A DNA stretch of 60,400 bases from a virus (IMGVR_UViG_3300022689_000334:1-60400); one strand, 5' to 3'. Positions 1 to 10,553 are shown, counted from the stretch's first letter. Notes: generated by a model not told the origin, from the sequence alone. Made by a program: numbers and translations.

Positions 1-551
1 CGGCCCCGACCCCGGCCCCGACCCCGGCCCCGGCCCCACGACCGAAACCAAAGGCAACTACATCTCCTATGCCAGGTAGTGCAACCCCGGCCCCGGCCTC
101 TGATGCTGAAATTGAGGATGGGCTTGCCATTTCCAGGCGTAGGTCTTCTGAAACTGCATCACTGAGGCGGCAGCTAGAACTGAGCCAGGATGAGATAACG
201 GCCATCCTCATGCAGTACCCGAGCAAACACGGAGGGTCAGCAACCCATCCAGCTCACCTGACGGAAAATGACTATCAAACTTTCAAGTTACGCCTGGAAG
301 AGATGTTGCAACAGGATGCTGTGTCTGATGACGATGAGGTTGCACTATCTGACATCCCTGGCCTTCAGTCCGGCGCTGACCTGATGAATGGTCAGGGGTC
401 TCAGCCCCGGCAGGACACGGAACCGGATGGGGAGTCTATCCCCCTTAATGAATCTGGAGACCCCCTGGAGGAAGGGTTAGACGATGACTCAGAGGACGTG
501 GAAGATGCCGGTTGGCCGCAGGAGGACGAGGAAGAACCGGACTGGGAATAG
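1..551 (+). CDS. 5'-truncated protein with Pro-Ala-Pro-Thr repeats and very acidic C-terminal tail
   Basis: The frame of ORF 69..551 is open back to the window start (APTPAPTPAPAPRPKPK...); ends in DEEEPDWE. Confidence 0.7.
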   Translation, partial: APTPAPTPAPAPRPKPKATTSPMPGSATPAPASDAEIEDGLAISRRRSSETASLRRQLELSQDEITAILMQYPSKHGGSATHPAHLTENDYQTFKLRLEEMLQQDAVSDDDEVALSDIPGLQSGADLMNGQGSQPRQDTEPDGESIPLNESGDPLEEGLDDDSEDVEDAGWPQEDEEEPDWE

Positions 552-579
552 CATCTATCTAAAGATGTATTTCCATAGA

Positions 580-617
580 TTTGTCCTCAAGGGAAAGATT
601 TTTCCCTTGAGGACAAA
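580..617 (+). terminator. Inverted repeat / probable terminator
   Basis: TTTGTCCTCAAGGGAAA-gatt-TTTCCCTTGAGGACAAA, perfect 17-bp stem just after the stop at 551. Confidence 0.6.
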
Positions 618-772
618 ATTGCCTCTTTTAATATGTTAACGCTAGATTTATTTGCAGTAGTTCATACGAGCTACTGCAATCTTTTTTGCTCCTCTAAATT
701 GTTTTTAATGTTATTAATGTTTTACCTAGCTTTAATTTCAGGACGGACGGTAAACTTGAGCACATTTTAACA

Positions 773-1174
773 ATGGATTCAACAATCAGGGTTCGGGATT
801 CAAGGGAAAATGAGAGGGACACAGAAGATGCCATAGGAAGTTCTATCAAGAGTATTGACATTTGTCTTGACCCTCAGACATCAGTGATTAGAGTGCAAAT
901 CAATCTAGGTTCAAACAGTGATCTTCAACGCATATTTCAACTAAAGGCACTCTATGAACCAGACAGCGCTATTGCCTGGATAGACCATGAGATTGCCATC
1001 AGAAAGACAAAAGAGTCCCTTGGATTTAGCCTCCAAAGGACTCTTTTTGAATTAGATAATCCTATTGTTTACCTTGAACCCTCCCTGGATGGGGAGGTTT
1101 TAACCCGGTTCACCTGCAACTCAGTCAGGAGAGCAAGGGCCAAGATGCGTTCAGCAACCAATGTAATCCAGTAG
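773..1174 (+). CDS. Hypothetical protein
   Basis: 133-aa ORF behind an AT-rich intergenic region; no family recognised. Confidence 0.5.
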   Translation: MDSTIRVRDSRENERDTEDAIGSSIKSIDICLDPQTSVIRVQINLGSNSDLQRIFQLKALYEPDSAIAWIDHEIAIRKTKESLGFSLQRTLFELDNPIVYLEPSLDGEVLTRFTCNSVRRARAKMRSATNVIQ

Positions 1175-2191
1175 TTCCTCAACATCCCCGCCAAAAGTCT
1201 CGCCCTCAAACGGGCGCAGCATTCTGGCCAAAGTGGATAGGAACTGGAGACAATCTCTGTCGTCCTCCGGGACGCTCATATTGTTCTGCAGGTCTTCCAG
1301 CATCCTGGTGAATCGTTGGGTCTCTTTGTACCCTGAATCAGGGTTGACCAGACGGGCCATGGTCCTACCCACTTCCTCTAAGGTGGCATCGCCATGTTCA
1401 GACTGATACAGGTTGACCAGGGTGGCCAACATGGCAGCACTGTTGTTCTTAAACTGAAACTCCAGTTCATTGATCTGATCTGAGGTTAAGGCAGGGGGAA
1501 AGTGTTGGTCAGCATCTTCTTCTTCAGGTTCCTCAGATATTGACCGGACATCCTGGTTAGCACAGGTCGTGTACTCCGCGAACAGTTCGCCCATAGACCG
1601 GTTCACTTCTGCTAGTACGGTGGGGGCCTTGCTTGTTGGCACTGCCATCACAAACAGAAGCACTGACTCATCAGGCATGGTCCTGTCCAGAAACTCTTGG
1701 GTCTGCTGGGTCAGTTCACAGATGCGTTCTTCTAGTGTTGGTTTCACTTCGGCCAAAGTCTCTTCATCGTCTTCTTTGAACTCTTCATTTCTGGATAGAG
1801 TCCATAGTTTTTTAAGTTGCTTGACGGTTAGATCAATGGGCCTACTCAAGGGATCTTCAGGGTCAACCAAGGGGTCTCCAGCATCCTTAAACTGCTGAAG
1901 CGCCTCTGTTAGGCGAATGAAGGTGATATTGGCTGGTCGCAAGGTCTGTCCCTTTTCAAGAGCATCCTGGGTGCCCCGAGAGATGGAAAACTTCCTGTCA
2001 ACCCGTCTCTTGGACCCTACTCTGTTCTGAATCAACTGGAGTAAGCGCCCTATGGAAAGACGGTAACCTTCCTCGTCAGACTCATAGTCACCTAAAAAAT
2101 CGGGAGGATCTTTGACTGGGGAGTTTGTTATATGTGCCATCTGAACTACCGTTTTTATACTTTGACAACTCGACAACCGCTCCTTAAGCAT
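1151..2191 (-). CDS. Putative repressor-like regulator with N-terminal XRE-type HTH
   Basis: Segment IGRLLQLIQNRVGSKRRVDRKFSISRGTQDALEKGQTLRP resembles an XRE HTH; transcribed divergently from the replication operon (cI-like position). Start uncertain. Confidence 0.45.
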   Translation of the reverse strand: MLKERLSSCQSIKTVVQMAHITNSPVKDPPDFLGDYESDEEGYRLSIGRLLQLIQNRVGSKRRVDRKFSISRGTQDALEKGQTLRPANITFIRLTEALQQFKDAGDPLVDPEDPLSRPIDLTVKQLKKLWTLSRNEEFKEDDEETLAEVKPTLEERICELTQQTQEFLDRTMPDESVLLFVMAVPTSKAPTVLAEVNRSMGELFAEYTTCANQDVRSISEEPEEEDADQHFPPALTSDQINELEFQFKNNSAAMLATLVNLYQSEHGDATLEEVGRTMARLVNPDSGYKETQRFTRMLEDLQNNMSVPEDDRDCLQFLSTLARMLRPFEGETFGGDVEELLDYIGC

Positions 2192-2290
2192 ACTGGATAC
2201 TTAAAGTCTGACCCTACATCTAGAGCAGGGACAAACAGAAAATACATTACACGAGCAATACACGCTACATCCCCTCAAGATCCGGATCTG

Positions 2291-2319
2291 TTGACAAAAG
2301 ATACCGCCCTGAATAACAT
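2291..2319 (+). promoter_or_regulatory. Sigma70-type promoter
   Basis: TTGACA-17 nt-TAACAT upstream of ORF 2358, which has a GGAGG RBS. Confidence 0.6.
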
Positions 2320-2357
2320 TAGTGTGACACCAGATGGCTTAAGCCGGGAGGAACCGC

Positions 2358-2645
2358 ATGAGAAGCGGCAAAGGTAGAGTTGCTCAAGTGATTGAGCGCA
2401 AGGTATTGAGAATCATGCTTCCGGAGCATGAGTGGGATCGGTTCAAGACCCTGGTGGAACAATCCGGGATGCCTGAAGCAGCATATCTAAGTCTGCTGAT
2501 GGGGGAGACTCCTGAAGCCAACTTGGAAACCCAGGAGGACTACCTGAGGGCTATTCACCTCCATGCTGGAATTGCTGCATCCCTGTCTGCTGCAATGGCT
2601 ATGCGTTTTGCTGGGAGGAAAAATGAAACCCCAGAAGCCGCATAG
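2358..2645 (+). CDS. Putative ribbon-helix-helix (CopG-like) regulator in cro-like position
   Basis: LRIMLPEHEWDRFKTLVEQSGMPEAAYLSLL fits a strand-helix-helix pattern; good RBS. Confidence 0.5.
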   Translation: MRSGKGRVAQVIERKVLRIMLPEHEWDRFKTLVEQSGMPEAAYLSLLMGETPEANLETQEDYLRAIHLHAGIAASLSAAMAMRFAGRKNETPEAA

Positions 2646-2976
2646 CAAAAAGAGACCCAGTAGCAACCAGCTCCAGAGGTCTCTTTTCGGCGTATTGACT
2701 TAACCAGACTGAGTCTGACTAAGGGTTTTTCATAAAGCCTTTGGGCAGGCATTAGCTATATTTTGCCACAGAAAACGAGTCTCTACAAGGTTTCTGAATT
2801 TCTTAATATTTGTCGGATGCCTAGTGGCTTAAGGTAATCCAGCTACTTATAAAAGAGTAAACACAGGATTTCTCTTGACAAAACACCTTCAATCCCTCCT
2901 GCAGTTTACCTGTCAGTCTGCTGTCTTTACCTCTTAAGGTTAAAGGGGTGACACATCGTTTAGTGAGGAAAGTTCC

Positions 2977-3384
2977 GTGTCTGTGACATTGAATTTGAAT
3001 GAGGAGAACCGCGAGTTCCTGGAGTCCCTGGAGGACATCCGAACACAGTGCATCGTCTGCGGTAAAAACTTCTCAAGTTGGGTGCATACCGTTGGCCGAC
3101 TTGAGTTAGTGCTGGGGGTAAAAGCAGTCCCTCGGGATGACTGCCCTAAGGACTTGCAATGGGGTGCTGAAACTACCTTGGCTTTCGTTGACCTGGAAAA
3201 GACGATTGAGCCTATCGGGGTTCAGGTTGAGGTGGATGAGGACTTTCTCATCATCCGGTTGCCTGAACAAGAAAAGGCAATCCCTCTGGATTCAAGGGAT
3301 TGGGAACGGCAACACAATTTGGCCAAAGCCCTGGGATTCTGCAATTGCAGTGACGACCCAGCAACTTGCCAGGGAGGGGAGTAG
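2977..3384 (+). CDS. Hypothetical protein with Cys pairs (CIVC, CNC)
   Basis: GAGGA RBS, GTG start, abuts the replication gene. Confidence 0.6.
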   Translation: MSVTLNLNEENREFLESLEDIRTQCIVCGKNFSSWVHTVGRLELVLGVKAVPRDDCPKDLQWGAETTLAFVDLEKTIEPIGVQVEVDEDFLIIRLPEQEKAIPLDSRDWERQHNLAKALGFCNCSDDPATCQGGE

Positions 3385-4451
3385 TGCCCATAAAGTCGCC
3401 GTCTTATACCCAGTTTCCGAACGAAATCCTGGACTCCCTTCATGAACTGAAGGGCGGTGAACTGAAGGTGATTAGTGTCATCGTTCGGTACAGCCTGGGG
3501 TTTCACCGTCAGAAGACCAAGCCCCTGAGCGTTCCTAAGTTAATGAAACTCACTGGCCTCTCTGACCAGGGCGTTACCAATGCAATTAAACCACTCCTGA
3601 AACGGGACTGGGTTGAACGGGGTCGTACCAAGGAAGGGTCTGTATTTCGTCTGAAGCTGAAGTATGACGATGATGATTCAGGGGACACCCCAGAAACCGA
3701 GACCCCAGAAGCCGAGACCCCAGAGGGGGGGCCAAAAAAGTTGGGGTCTACCCCCCCTGAGGGGGCCAAATTTTTTGGCCCCACTATTAATAAATCTATT
3801 TCTAAAGAAACTCTTCCTAAAGAAAGCGCGTCCGCGCCGGAAAGTGGGGAGGGAGATGTAGATCATCAACCCGGAACCGGATCACCTGGGAAGGGAACTG
3901 GTGACATCCAGCGGTTTGAAGAACAGTTTCAACCTGGGGCTAGAAGCGCAGCAGACTATAACCGTGCCCGAGCAACCCGGAACCTGGCTCATCCTAGATT
4001 TGGTGAACTGGTGGAAACCGTTCATGGTTTCAAGGTAGGTGACATCTGGATCGGCCCGGCCCAGGCAGATTTCACCCCGGAGGCCCTGAGGGGGGCTGAA
4101 CTGCATACCAAGGACTGGACAGTTCACAAGTCCCCGGAAACCTGGCTGACGCAATGGATCAGTCAGGGGAAATGGGCTGAATTGAGAGAGGTATTGCAGA
4201 AAGGGCAACAGTCTCTAACTGCAACCCGCAAAGCCGGTTCTCACGTTGCAACCTCTGTTCCCAGGCAAGGGGAATACTTCACAGCAGCATCCCTGCCTCA
4301 GGTTGAGGCTACACCCCCTCCAGCAGGGTTCAGGGAAACGGTTATGAAACTGACTGACGAGGGAGCAGCTGAGGCCAAGGCCGCAATTCGTCAGAGATCA
4401 CGACCACGACCACGACCGCCAGGGAGGATTCCCTCAGGTCATAGTGCCTAA
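3366..4451 (+). CDS. Phage replication initiator (lambda O-like N-terminal winged HTH)
   Basis: YTQFPNEILDSL...ELKVISVIVRYSLGF...LMKLTGLSDQGVTNAIKPLLKRDWV pattern; low-complexity central linker; directly upstream of DnaB. Confidence 0.75.
   Translation: MPGRGVVPIKSPSYTQFPNEILDSLHELKGGELKVISVIVRYSLGFHRQKTKPLSVPKLMKLTGLSDQGVTNAIKPLLKRDWVERGRTKEGSVFRLKLKYDDDDSGDTPETETPEAETPEGGPKKLGSTPPEGAKFFGPTINKSISKETLPKESASAPESGEGDVDHQPGTGSPGKGTGDIQRFEEQFQPGARSAADYNRARATRNLAHPRFGELVETVHGFKVGDIWIGPAQADFTPEALRGAELHTKDWTVHKSPETWLTQWISQGKWAELREVLQKGQQSLTATRKAGSHVATSVPRQGEYFTAASLPQVEATPPPAGFRETVMKLTDEGAAEAKAAIRQRSRPRPRPPGRIPSGHSA
3689..3800. repeat. Iteron-like repeats inside the initiator gene (possible origin)
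   Basis: CCCAGAA(A/G)CCGAGAC x2 plus a partial third copy, GAGGGGGCCAAA-like x2, an inverted GGGGCCAAA/TTTGGCCCC pair, then AT-rich ATTAATAAATCTATTTCTAAA. Confidence 0.5.
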
Positions 4452-4492
4452 GTCATTGTTAACCAGTAAACACAAAACACCTAGGAATCAGG

Positions 4493-6046
4493 ATGGTCTA
4501 TTCAGGAGAACAGCAACGACAACGAAACGGCGATCTCATTAGCGCCCTGGTGAACTTTGAGGACTTGGTAGCCCCGAGCCAGGAAAGGTCTATTGCCGGG
4601 TTCATGTTGGTAGACGGTTCAGAAGCAGCCCTGGAAATCTTTGATGAGATTTCCCCGGAGGAATTTCACGGTTCTGCTTCGGCCAAAGCGGTAATGCAGA
4701 GCTGCTATGACCTCTGGCAGAGTAGTCGCGACATCAACCCCCGGTCAGTGACTCAGGCCATGCGGGAGGCCGGGACGCTCCAGGAGATAGGGGGCACGGA
4801 TGAGCTGACCCGACTACAGGGAGTTGCGGCCCTGGACGTAGCAGAGGCGCTGGGGGCCTGTCAGACCGTGCGGGAGTATGCCGGTCGTCGTGCCCTGTAC
4901 CTGCTGGGTCGGGAGACCTCTGCCAATGCCCTGAGGTTATCTACGCCCCTGGATGATATCCGGTCTCAACTGGAGGCCAACCTGCTTAACAGCATCCGAC
5001 AGGTGATCCGAGCACATCCAGAAGTGGTGAACACCGTACTTCAACAAGCTTTCAGCGAGATTGAGGAACGGAGCGTCGGGAATGTCCTTCCCGGTATCCC
5101 CTGCGGTCTTTATGACCTGGATGCTATGACCCAGGGTTTTCAACGTTCTGACCTGATTTGTATTGCTGGTAGGCCGAGCATGGGCAAAACGGCCATGCTT
5201 CTCCGGGTAGCAACCGGAATTTGCAATCTGTACCCCAGTCAACCAGTGCTGATTTTCTCACTGGAGATGAGCAAGTTGCAGTTGGTTTACCGATTGCTCT
5301 CCAGTGAGACCGGCATAGAATCCAGTCGTCTCAGGTCCGGTCGCATTGCTCAGCATGAGTGGGAAACCCTGGGTAACGCCCTATCAGTTATTTCCAGGAT
5401 GCCGATATACCTGGATGACACGGCCAATATCACTGTGTCTGAGGTTCGCTCCAAAGCGCGACGCCTGGCCATGGAACATGGAGGGGCATCCCCGGTTGTG
5501 TTCATTGACTACCTGCAGTTGATGGAAGGGGCCACCGATAACCGGGTTCAGGAACTGGCCAAGATCAGCCGGTCTCTCAAGGGTCTGGCCCGAGAACTGA
5601 ACGTGCCCTTATTCTTCCTCTCTCAGCTCAGCCGAGCCGTTGAGTCTCGCGCCAACAAGCGCCCGATGATGGCAGACCTGAGGGAATCCGGAGCATTGGA
5701 ACAGGACTGCGACCTGATCATGATGCTCTACCGGGAAGAGTATTACGAACCGGATACGCCTGAGCGGGGCATTGCTGAGGTGATTGTGACCAAACACCGG
5801 AATGGCCCGACCGGCACCGTGAAACTGCTATTTGAACCCCAGTTCACCCGTTTCAGGAACCTGGCCAGTCCAGACGGACACCAGACCGTGAACGTACCTG
5901 TTGCCCCTAATCCACCTCCCAGCCGAGGTGGAGCAGCTGCAGCAGCTCGGGCAGGGGTCTCTACCCTTGGGTCCGTTGCAATGCAAACCCTGCCCCCGCC
6001 GCCAGAGCCAGAAGAAGGAGGGATGCCCATGCCTCCAGATGATTGA
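4493..6046 (+). CDS. dnaB: Replicative DNA helicase DnaB
   Basis: GRPSMGKT Walker A, FSLEMS, IDYLQLM, LSQLSRAVESR, DLRESGALEQDCD, KHRNGPTG. Confidence 0.97.
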   Translation: MVYSGEQQRQRNGDLISALVNFEDLVAPSQERSIAGFMLVDGSEAALEIFDEISPEEFHGSASAKAVMQSCYDLWQSSRDINPRSVTQAMREAGTLQEIGGTDELTRLQGVAALDVAEALGACQTVREYAGRRALYLLGRETSANALRLSTPLDDIRSQLEANLLNSIRQVIRAHPEVVNTVLQQAFSEIEERSVGNVLPGIPCGLYDLDAMTQGFQRSDLICIAGRPSMGKTAMLLRVATGICNLYPSQPVLIFSLEMSKLQLVYRLLSSETGIESSRLRSGRIAQHEWETLGNALSVISRMPIYLDDTANITVSEVRSKARRLAMEHGGASPVVFIDYLQLMEGATDNRVQELAKISRSLKGLARELNVPLFFLSQLSRAVESRANKRPMMADLRESGALEQDCDLIMMLYREEYYEPDTPERGIAEVIVTKHRNGPTGTVKLLFEPQFTRFRNLASPDGHQTVNVPVAPNPPPSRGGAAAAARAGVSTLGSVAMQTLPPPPEPEEGGMPMPPDD

Positions 6047-6140
6047 TACCCCAAGGGATGGGGCAGTTACCAGCGCTTCCCCTCCCTATCTCACCCCAGC
6101 GTATTGACCTTTAACCAACTAAGTTGAACTGACTCAAGCT

Positions 6141-7760
6141 ATGCCTACCAAATGCAGGATGCTCACGAGCAAGAAACGTTTGCCCTGTTCCATCTGCGGG
6201 AACACGGACGGGAAATGTTCTGTAACTGCTGATGAACCCAAAATCTGGTTCTGCTTTCACCACACCCATGAACAGGATCAACCCATAGAACAACCCACAG
6301 ATGGTCACTTCTGGAAATGGCTAGGAACGGCCACGGACTCACTTTGGGCAAAGTGGCTTTATAGCAATTCAAGCAGGACTAATCCTGATCAAAGTTCTGA
6401 GAACTCAAACTCAAAACCAAGCAAATCAAAGAAAAATGGCGCAAGAAAATCTCTAGAGCCTTACAAGACCCTTAAGGCATTACCACCTGCCCAGGAACCA
6501 GCAAAACCAGTATTTTTAGAAGTTAAAGACCGAAACAGACTTTATGAAATCCTGGCTGACCACCTCACTTTGGCCGAAGTAGAACGGGAAAACCTGGAAG
6601 ACCAGAGGGGTATAGAACTTTCTCAGGCCCTTGCCTGGGGCTTTAGAAGCGTAGAACCCCAGCAGGATTTGCCTGAGGGATTGCGGGGACGCTATGACCT
6701 ACCGGGGATAGTTAACCGCTATGGCAAAGACACCCTGAATACCTCCGGGGGATGCCTCTGTCCAGTGCGTGATCACCTGGGGCAGATACAGGCCTACCAG
6801 GTGAGGATGAGAGAAAAGGCAATGGGGGGTCGGTACAGATGGCTCTCCAGCCCCGGCGAGAATGGCCAGCAAGGGGCCTCTCCCCATCTGGACACTGGGG
6901 AGTTACCCCTAGCCGTTTGCAGGCCCTTAGAACGTTTCCCAGAAGCCCAAGACCTGAAGGACTATGGTGGGCCGGTGGGCCTGACGGAGGGAACCGGCGC
7001 AAAACCTTTCCTGACAGCCCAGCGCCTGGGCATCCCGATTATTGGTAGCTCAGGGGGGAACTGGTCTGGTTCTCCAAAGGCCCTGAAAGCTGCTCTGGAT
7101 TATTTTCAACCTGCGCAGCTGGTGCTCTTCCCGGATGGGGGGAGTAGTGACAACCGGGATGTGTTGAAAAAATACTGGCAGGTATTTCAGGCCTGCAAAG
7201 ACTGGGGATACAAGATGCAGTTTGCCTGGTGGGGACAGCACATCAAAGACTCACCAGAGTGCGACGAGATTTCCCCCGAGGTCCTGCAACAAGCCTATGA
7301 ACACTTGTTACGGGCAAACCAGTATTGGCCGATGGTGAAGGGTCGCAACCTGGAGCAGGTGAGGCAGGTTTGCAATGACCTGGGCATCTCCCCGGAAGTG
7401 ATCCCTGCTGCTTATAACCGTAGATTGAACCCCGGCCCCGTCAGGGTGGCCACCCTGCCCTTGGGTGAACTGGTCTATCTGCGATCAGACCTGGAAGATC
7501 GCCTGGAACGGGGACACCTGGTAACTCGGTTGACCCGTCAGTTGCGAAGGCAGGGGGAGAGCTGGGAAACCCTCAAGCCCTGGCTGGCTGAGAAACGTTT
7601 TGCCAGCAACCCAGAGACCCCCATAGACCTGCAGGAACTCCAGGTTTCCCGATGGCCTAAGACGAAAGACCTGCGCTGGCTCAGCATGAACCTGGATGCT
7701 GCTTTGGCTGAAGTGAGAAGCAAGCCTACCCTTACCCTTACTGCACCTGCAACGGCGTAA
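6141..7760 (+). CDS. Primase-like protein (N-terminal Zn finger plus TOPRIM-like domain)
   Basis: CSICGNTDGKC...WFC Zn-binding motif; PVRDHLGQIQAYQVR, LTEGTGAKP and LFPDGG acidic motifs typical of cyanobacterial phage/plasmid primase-like proteins; follows dnaB. Confidence 0.65.
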   Translation: MPTKCRMLTSKKRLPCSICGNTDGKCSVTADEPKIWFCFHHTHEQDQPIEQPTDGHFWKWLGTATDSLWAKWLYSNSSRTNPDQSSENSNSKPSKSKKNGARKSLEPYKTLKALPPAQEPAKPVFLEVKDRNRLYEILADHLTLAEVERENLEDQRGIELSQALAWGFRSVEPQQDLPEGLRGRYDLPGIVNRYGKDTLNTSGGCLCPVRDHLGQIQAYQVRMREKAMGGRYRWLSSPGENGQQGASPHLDTGELPLAVCRPLERFPEAQDLKDYGGPVGLTEGTGAKPFLTAQRLGIPIIGSSGGNWSGSPKALKAALDYFQPAQLVLFPDGGSSDNRDVLKKYWQVFQACKDWGYKMQFAWWGQHIKDSPECDEISPEVLQQAYEHLLRANQYWPMVKGRNLEQVRQVCNDLGISPEVIPAAYNRRLNPGPVRVATLPLGELVYLRSDLEDRLERGHLVTRLTRQLRRQGESWETLKPWLAEKRFASNPETPIDLQELQVSRWPKTKDLRWLSMNLDAALAEVRSKPTLTLTAPATA

Positions 7761-7872
7761 TTGATCCATCAGCACTTCTTCCAGTGACCTCCCCGTCATT
7801 TCAGGCCGCTCTTGACCAACAAGATATTGAAGGGGCAAGGTCCATGCTTGAGAAAATTAATTCCCTAAGACC

Positions 7873-8484
7873 ATGACTGAGACCGTTATTCAAGCCAGTT
7901 TTCTTCCAGAGTTTGATGCACCTAAGACCTGGGAAACAGAAGATGACTGGGAGACTCCTACGGCAGAAGCCAAGATGGTGGCTTCTCTGGTACTGGGGTC
8001 GGACAAGATCATCGTGGATGTCGGGGCCGGGACAGGCAATATCACCCGATTTCTTCCCCCTGGCACTGTTGCTGTGGAGGCCAACCCTAAGCGCCACGCT
8101 CTGGGACTTCAGAGAGTGCCCCATGCAGATTGGCGCTGTGCGGACTTTCTGACCCTTAAGGGTCTCGCCGGCGTCGTGGATCTGGTCATCGGCAACCCGC
8201 CGTTCTCCCTCCTGGTAGCCCTGATTAACTACAGCTTTGATGAGTTGTTGGCCCCCGGTGGTCGCATCGTGTTCCTGCTCCCAGGAGATACGTTTCATAA
8301 ACCGACGATAGTTGATGGCATAAAGACTCCCTTTGCTCTGGGCGAACGCAAAGTGATCGGGCGTATCTCCTACCTGAAGGACGGCAAACCCCAGCGGGGC
8401 CGACAAATCTACGACTCAATCTTTATCCTCAGGCGATCAGGGGAAACGGACCCCCGACTTTACCGTAGACAGGATTTTCGTTAG
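7873..8484 (+). CDS. Amino (N6-adenine-type) DNA methyltransferase
   Basis: SAM motif VDVGAGTG and catalytic IGNPPF. Confidence 0.8.
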   Translation: MTETVIQASFLPEFDAPKTWETEDDWETPTAEAKMVASLVLGSDKIIVDVGAGTGNITRFLPPGTVAVEANPKRHALGLQRVPHADWRCADFLTLKGLAGVVDLVIGNPPFSLLVALINYSFDELLAPGGRIVFLLPGDTFHKPTIVDGIKTPFALGERKVIGRISYLKDGKPQRGRQIYDSIFILRRSGETDPRLYRRQDFR

Positions 8485-8525
8485 GTGTTAATATAAACAG
8501 GTAAAGACAAGACACCGGAGGGACC

Positions 8526-8714
8526 ATGCCTCAAAAAAGAATTTCGTTCACCCTGAATGTTGAGGAAGGGGTCAGTGACCAGGATTTATTGCTGTGGCTT
8601 AAGTATCAGCTTGGCATCTACGGCAGCCTGGAGTCAGACAACCCCTTGCTTGATGAAGAATGGGATGTCGTGCCCACGAGCTTGACGGTGACAGCAGTAG
8701 GGAGGGCAAAGTAA
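8526..8714 (+). CDS. Hypothetical protein
   Basis: GGAGG RBS and conserved leader motif upstream. Confidence 0.7.
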   Translation: MPQKRISFTLNVEEGVSDQDLLLWLKYQLGIYGSLESDNPLLDEEWDVVPTSLTVTAVGRAK

Positions 8715-9313
8715 TGCCCAGACCAAAAAGGCCAGGACCAGGAGACCGGGTTGTAATCTCTATGGATTGCCGCTCTCCTGGAACAACCACTGGCAAGGTC
8801 GGAATCTATATCGGGGAAATGCCCAGGGCCTATACACTCCGCAACCCCTCAGGACAGTATCAAGACGTGCCGTTTAGCTACCAGGCAGCTTTACTGCTTG
8901 AACAGAACAACATCCCTTGCCTGGACTCTCTCTATGACCAAGTAGCTCAAGAGTTGGGAGTGACCCTACCCTTAGCTGAAAATCTTGCTCCCTGGTATCG
9001 CAAATGGTTGGCCGATACCATAGTTGCCAGAATTGACCGCCTGGAGAGTGAGGCTGCAGTCTGGTTTTTCAATAAGAATCCCCTGATTGCAGTTCAAGAC
9101 GCTGACGGGGAAGTGGACTACATCTGGGGATGCGAGTGCTATTGGAGGCCCTTGACCCCTAATGAAGATCCTCTCAGTCCTGATGAAGAACGAGCTGGGG
9201 CCAAAGACTGGGCCAAGGATCTGGTTGCAGCTATGGAGACATTTGCTAAAGCAGCAGATAGAGCCAGTACAGCTATGGCAAATTTCCCTGAGGTGGCAAT
9301 AGATGAAACTTAA
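8714..9313 (+). CDS. Hypothetical protein
   Basis: TAATG coupling with the previous ORF (start MPRPKRP). Confidence 0.7.
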   Translation: MPRPKRPGPGDRVVISMDCRSPGTTTGKVGIYIGEMPRAYTLRNPSGQYQDVPFSYQAALLLEQNNIPCLDSLYDQVAQELGVTLPLAENLAPWYRKWLADTIVARIDRLESEAAVWFFNKNPLIAVQDADGEVDYIWGCECYWRPLTPNEDPLSPDEERAGAKDWAKDLVAAMETFAKAADRASTAMANFPEVAIDET

Positions 9314-9686
9314 ACTGACAGACCAACGGAAGGTCCCCGTCATCCCAGATCGACCCCGGAATTTCTTCCTGGAAGCTACGGAGTTCAACTCCCATACTCA
9401 GTTCGTGCTCTTTGCCGGGACAGTGCAACTAGCTCAACAAAAGGCCTACCCCATTCATGACCTGTATCTCACAGAAGAAGAATGCTCCCTCTGCTTTGAG
9501 GACATTGCCCCTTTTCAGGACATGATGTTCCGGTTCAAAATCCTTGGAGTTCCCTTTGTGTTTGAGTATGACGGGGAACCTTTAACCATCGGACACCCTG
9601 AGCTGGATCATGCCAATATCCTGAGTTCAGGGGGTCTCAGTTCTCCCCAGCTTCTGCACCTGATGTTCGGTCAGGAGGCACAATGA
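9303..9686 (+). CDS. Hypothetical protein
   Basis: Overlapping operon arrangement, GAGGTG RBS. Confidence 0.7.
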   Translation: MKLKLTDQRKVPVIPDRPRNFFLEATEFNSHTQFVLFAGTVQLAQQKAYPIHDLYLTEEECSLCFEDIAPFQDMMFRFKILGVPFVFEYDGEPLTIGHPELDHANILSSGGLSSPQLLHLMFGQEAQ

Positions 9687-10303
9687 CCCTAAGCTACCCG
9701 GAACATCCCAGTCACATGACAGACCTGGTTCTCAAGTGGATGGTCGTTGGATGGCACGATTATCCACTTGAGAACTTCCCCGGCACTGATCGGGGGGAAG
9801 TAAAGCTAACCATCAACCTGCTTACCGACGACCGACAAGCCATTGCTGAGGACTGGGTAAACAATCAGGCTAGGGTCCTGGGCCTGGAGAGCCTGAATGC
9901 CCAGGACAAGGTGGGTCGTAAGATCAAGTGGTCCCTTGATGTCCCCAGTCACCTGCCCCTGCCCTCTGCCCTTTGGCAACAGTATCAAGCACCCTCTGGG
10001 GAGGGGAGATGGTATGAACTTCAGGCTAAAGCCTGTCGGGCCTACATTGAAAAACGTCCTGTCCACTGCGACCGGGGCCGGTGGTTGGCAAAGATTGAGC
10101 CCCAGGGCAGCATGAAAGACATCTTGAAACTGAGCCTGGATAGCCAAGACCGTTTCCCCCGGTATTATTTCAACTTGCTCTTTGCAGCACTGGAAGTAGA
10201 GGCGTTCCTAAGGCGACGGGAGCAATGGCCCCTACCAGATGACCTTACGCCCCTGAAAATTCACGCCCCGGATGAAGGGAGGGACAATGGCAGACCCGCT
10301 TAA
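9683..10303 (+). CDS. Hypothetical protein
   Basis: ATGA overlap, AGGAGG RBS. Confidence 0.7.
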   Translation: MTLSYPEHPSHMTDLVLKWMVVGWHDYPLENFPGTDRGEVKLTINLLTDDRQAIAEDWVNNQARVLGLESLNAQDKVGRKIKWSLDVPSHLPLPSALWQQYQAPSGEGRWYELQAKACRAYIEKRPVHCDRGRWLAKIEPQGSMKDILKLSLDSQDRFPRYYFNLLFAALEVEAFLRRREQWPLPDDLTPLKIHAPDEGRDNGRPA

Positions 10304-10553
10304 GAAACCATCCCTCTGCCAGGTCCTGGGCTTAGCAGAAACCCTGACTATCCTTGAGTACCTGGAGATAGTCAACCCCTCCCCTCCCTTCCAGGGACCT
10401 GAAATGCAGGTGCTCTGGGATGAATTTGCTCGTGTTGGCAAATTGTTTGAACAAAACACTATGGCCCTGACTGAGGCTATCTCTAAACTTTCCCCTGACG
10501 CTGGCCGGGGCCTCAAAACCTACCGCATTCCTCGCCGAACCCGAGTGGTCTAG
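10287..10553 (+). CDS. Hypothetical protein
   Basis: GGAGG RBS before MADPLKK. Confidence 0.6.
   Translation: MADPLKKPSLCQVLGLAETLTILEYLEIVNPSPPFQGPEMQVLWDEFARVGKLFEQNTMALTEAISKLSPDAGRGLKTYRIPRRTRVV

Noticed and set aside
1-38. CCCCGG/CCCCGA tandem repeat as a non-coding or telomeric repeat
   Set aside because: It reads in frame as a Pro-Ala-Pro-Thr linker of the truncated first CDS.
4493-6046. Intein in DnaB (common in cyanobacteria)
   Set aside because: The helicase motifs are contiguous and the length is normal; the only extra is a Pro/Ala-rich tail.
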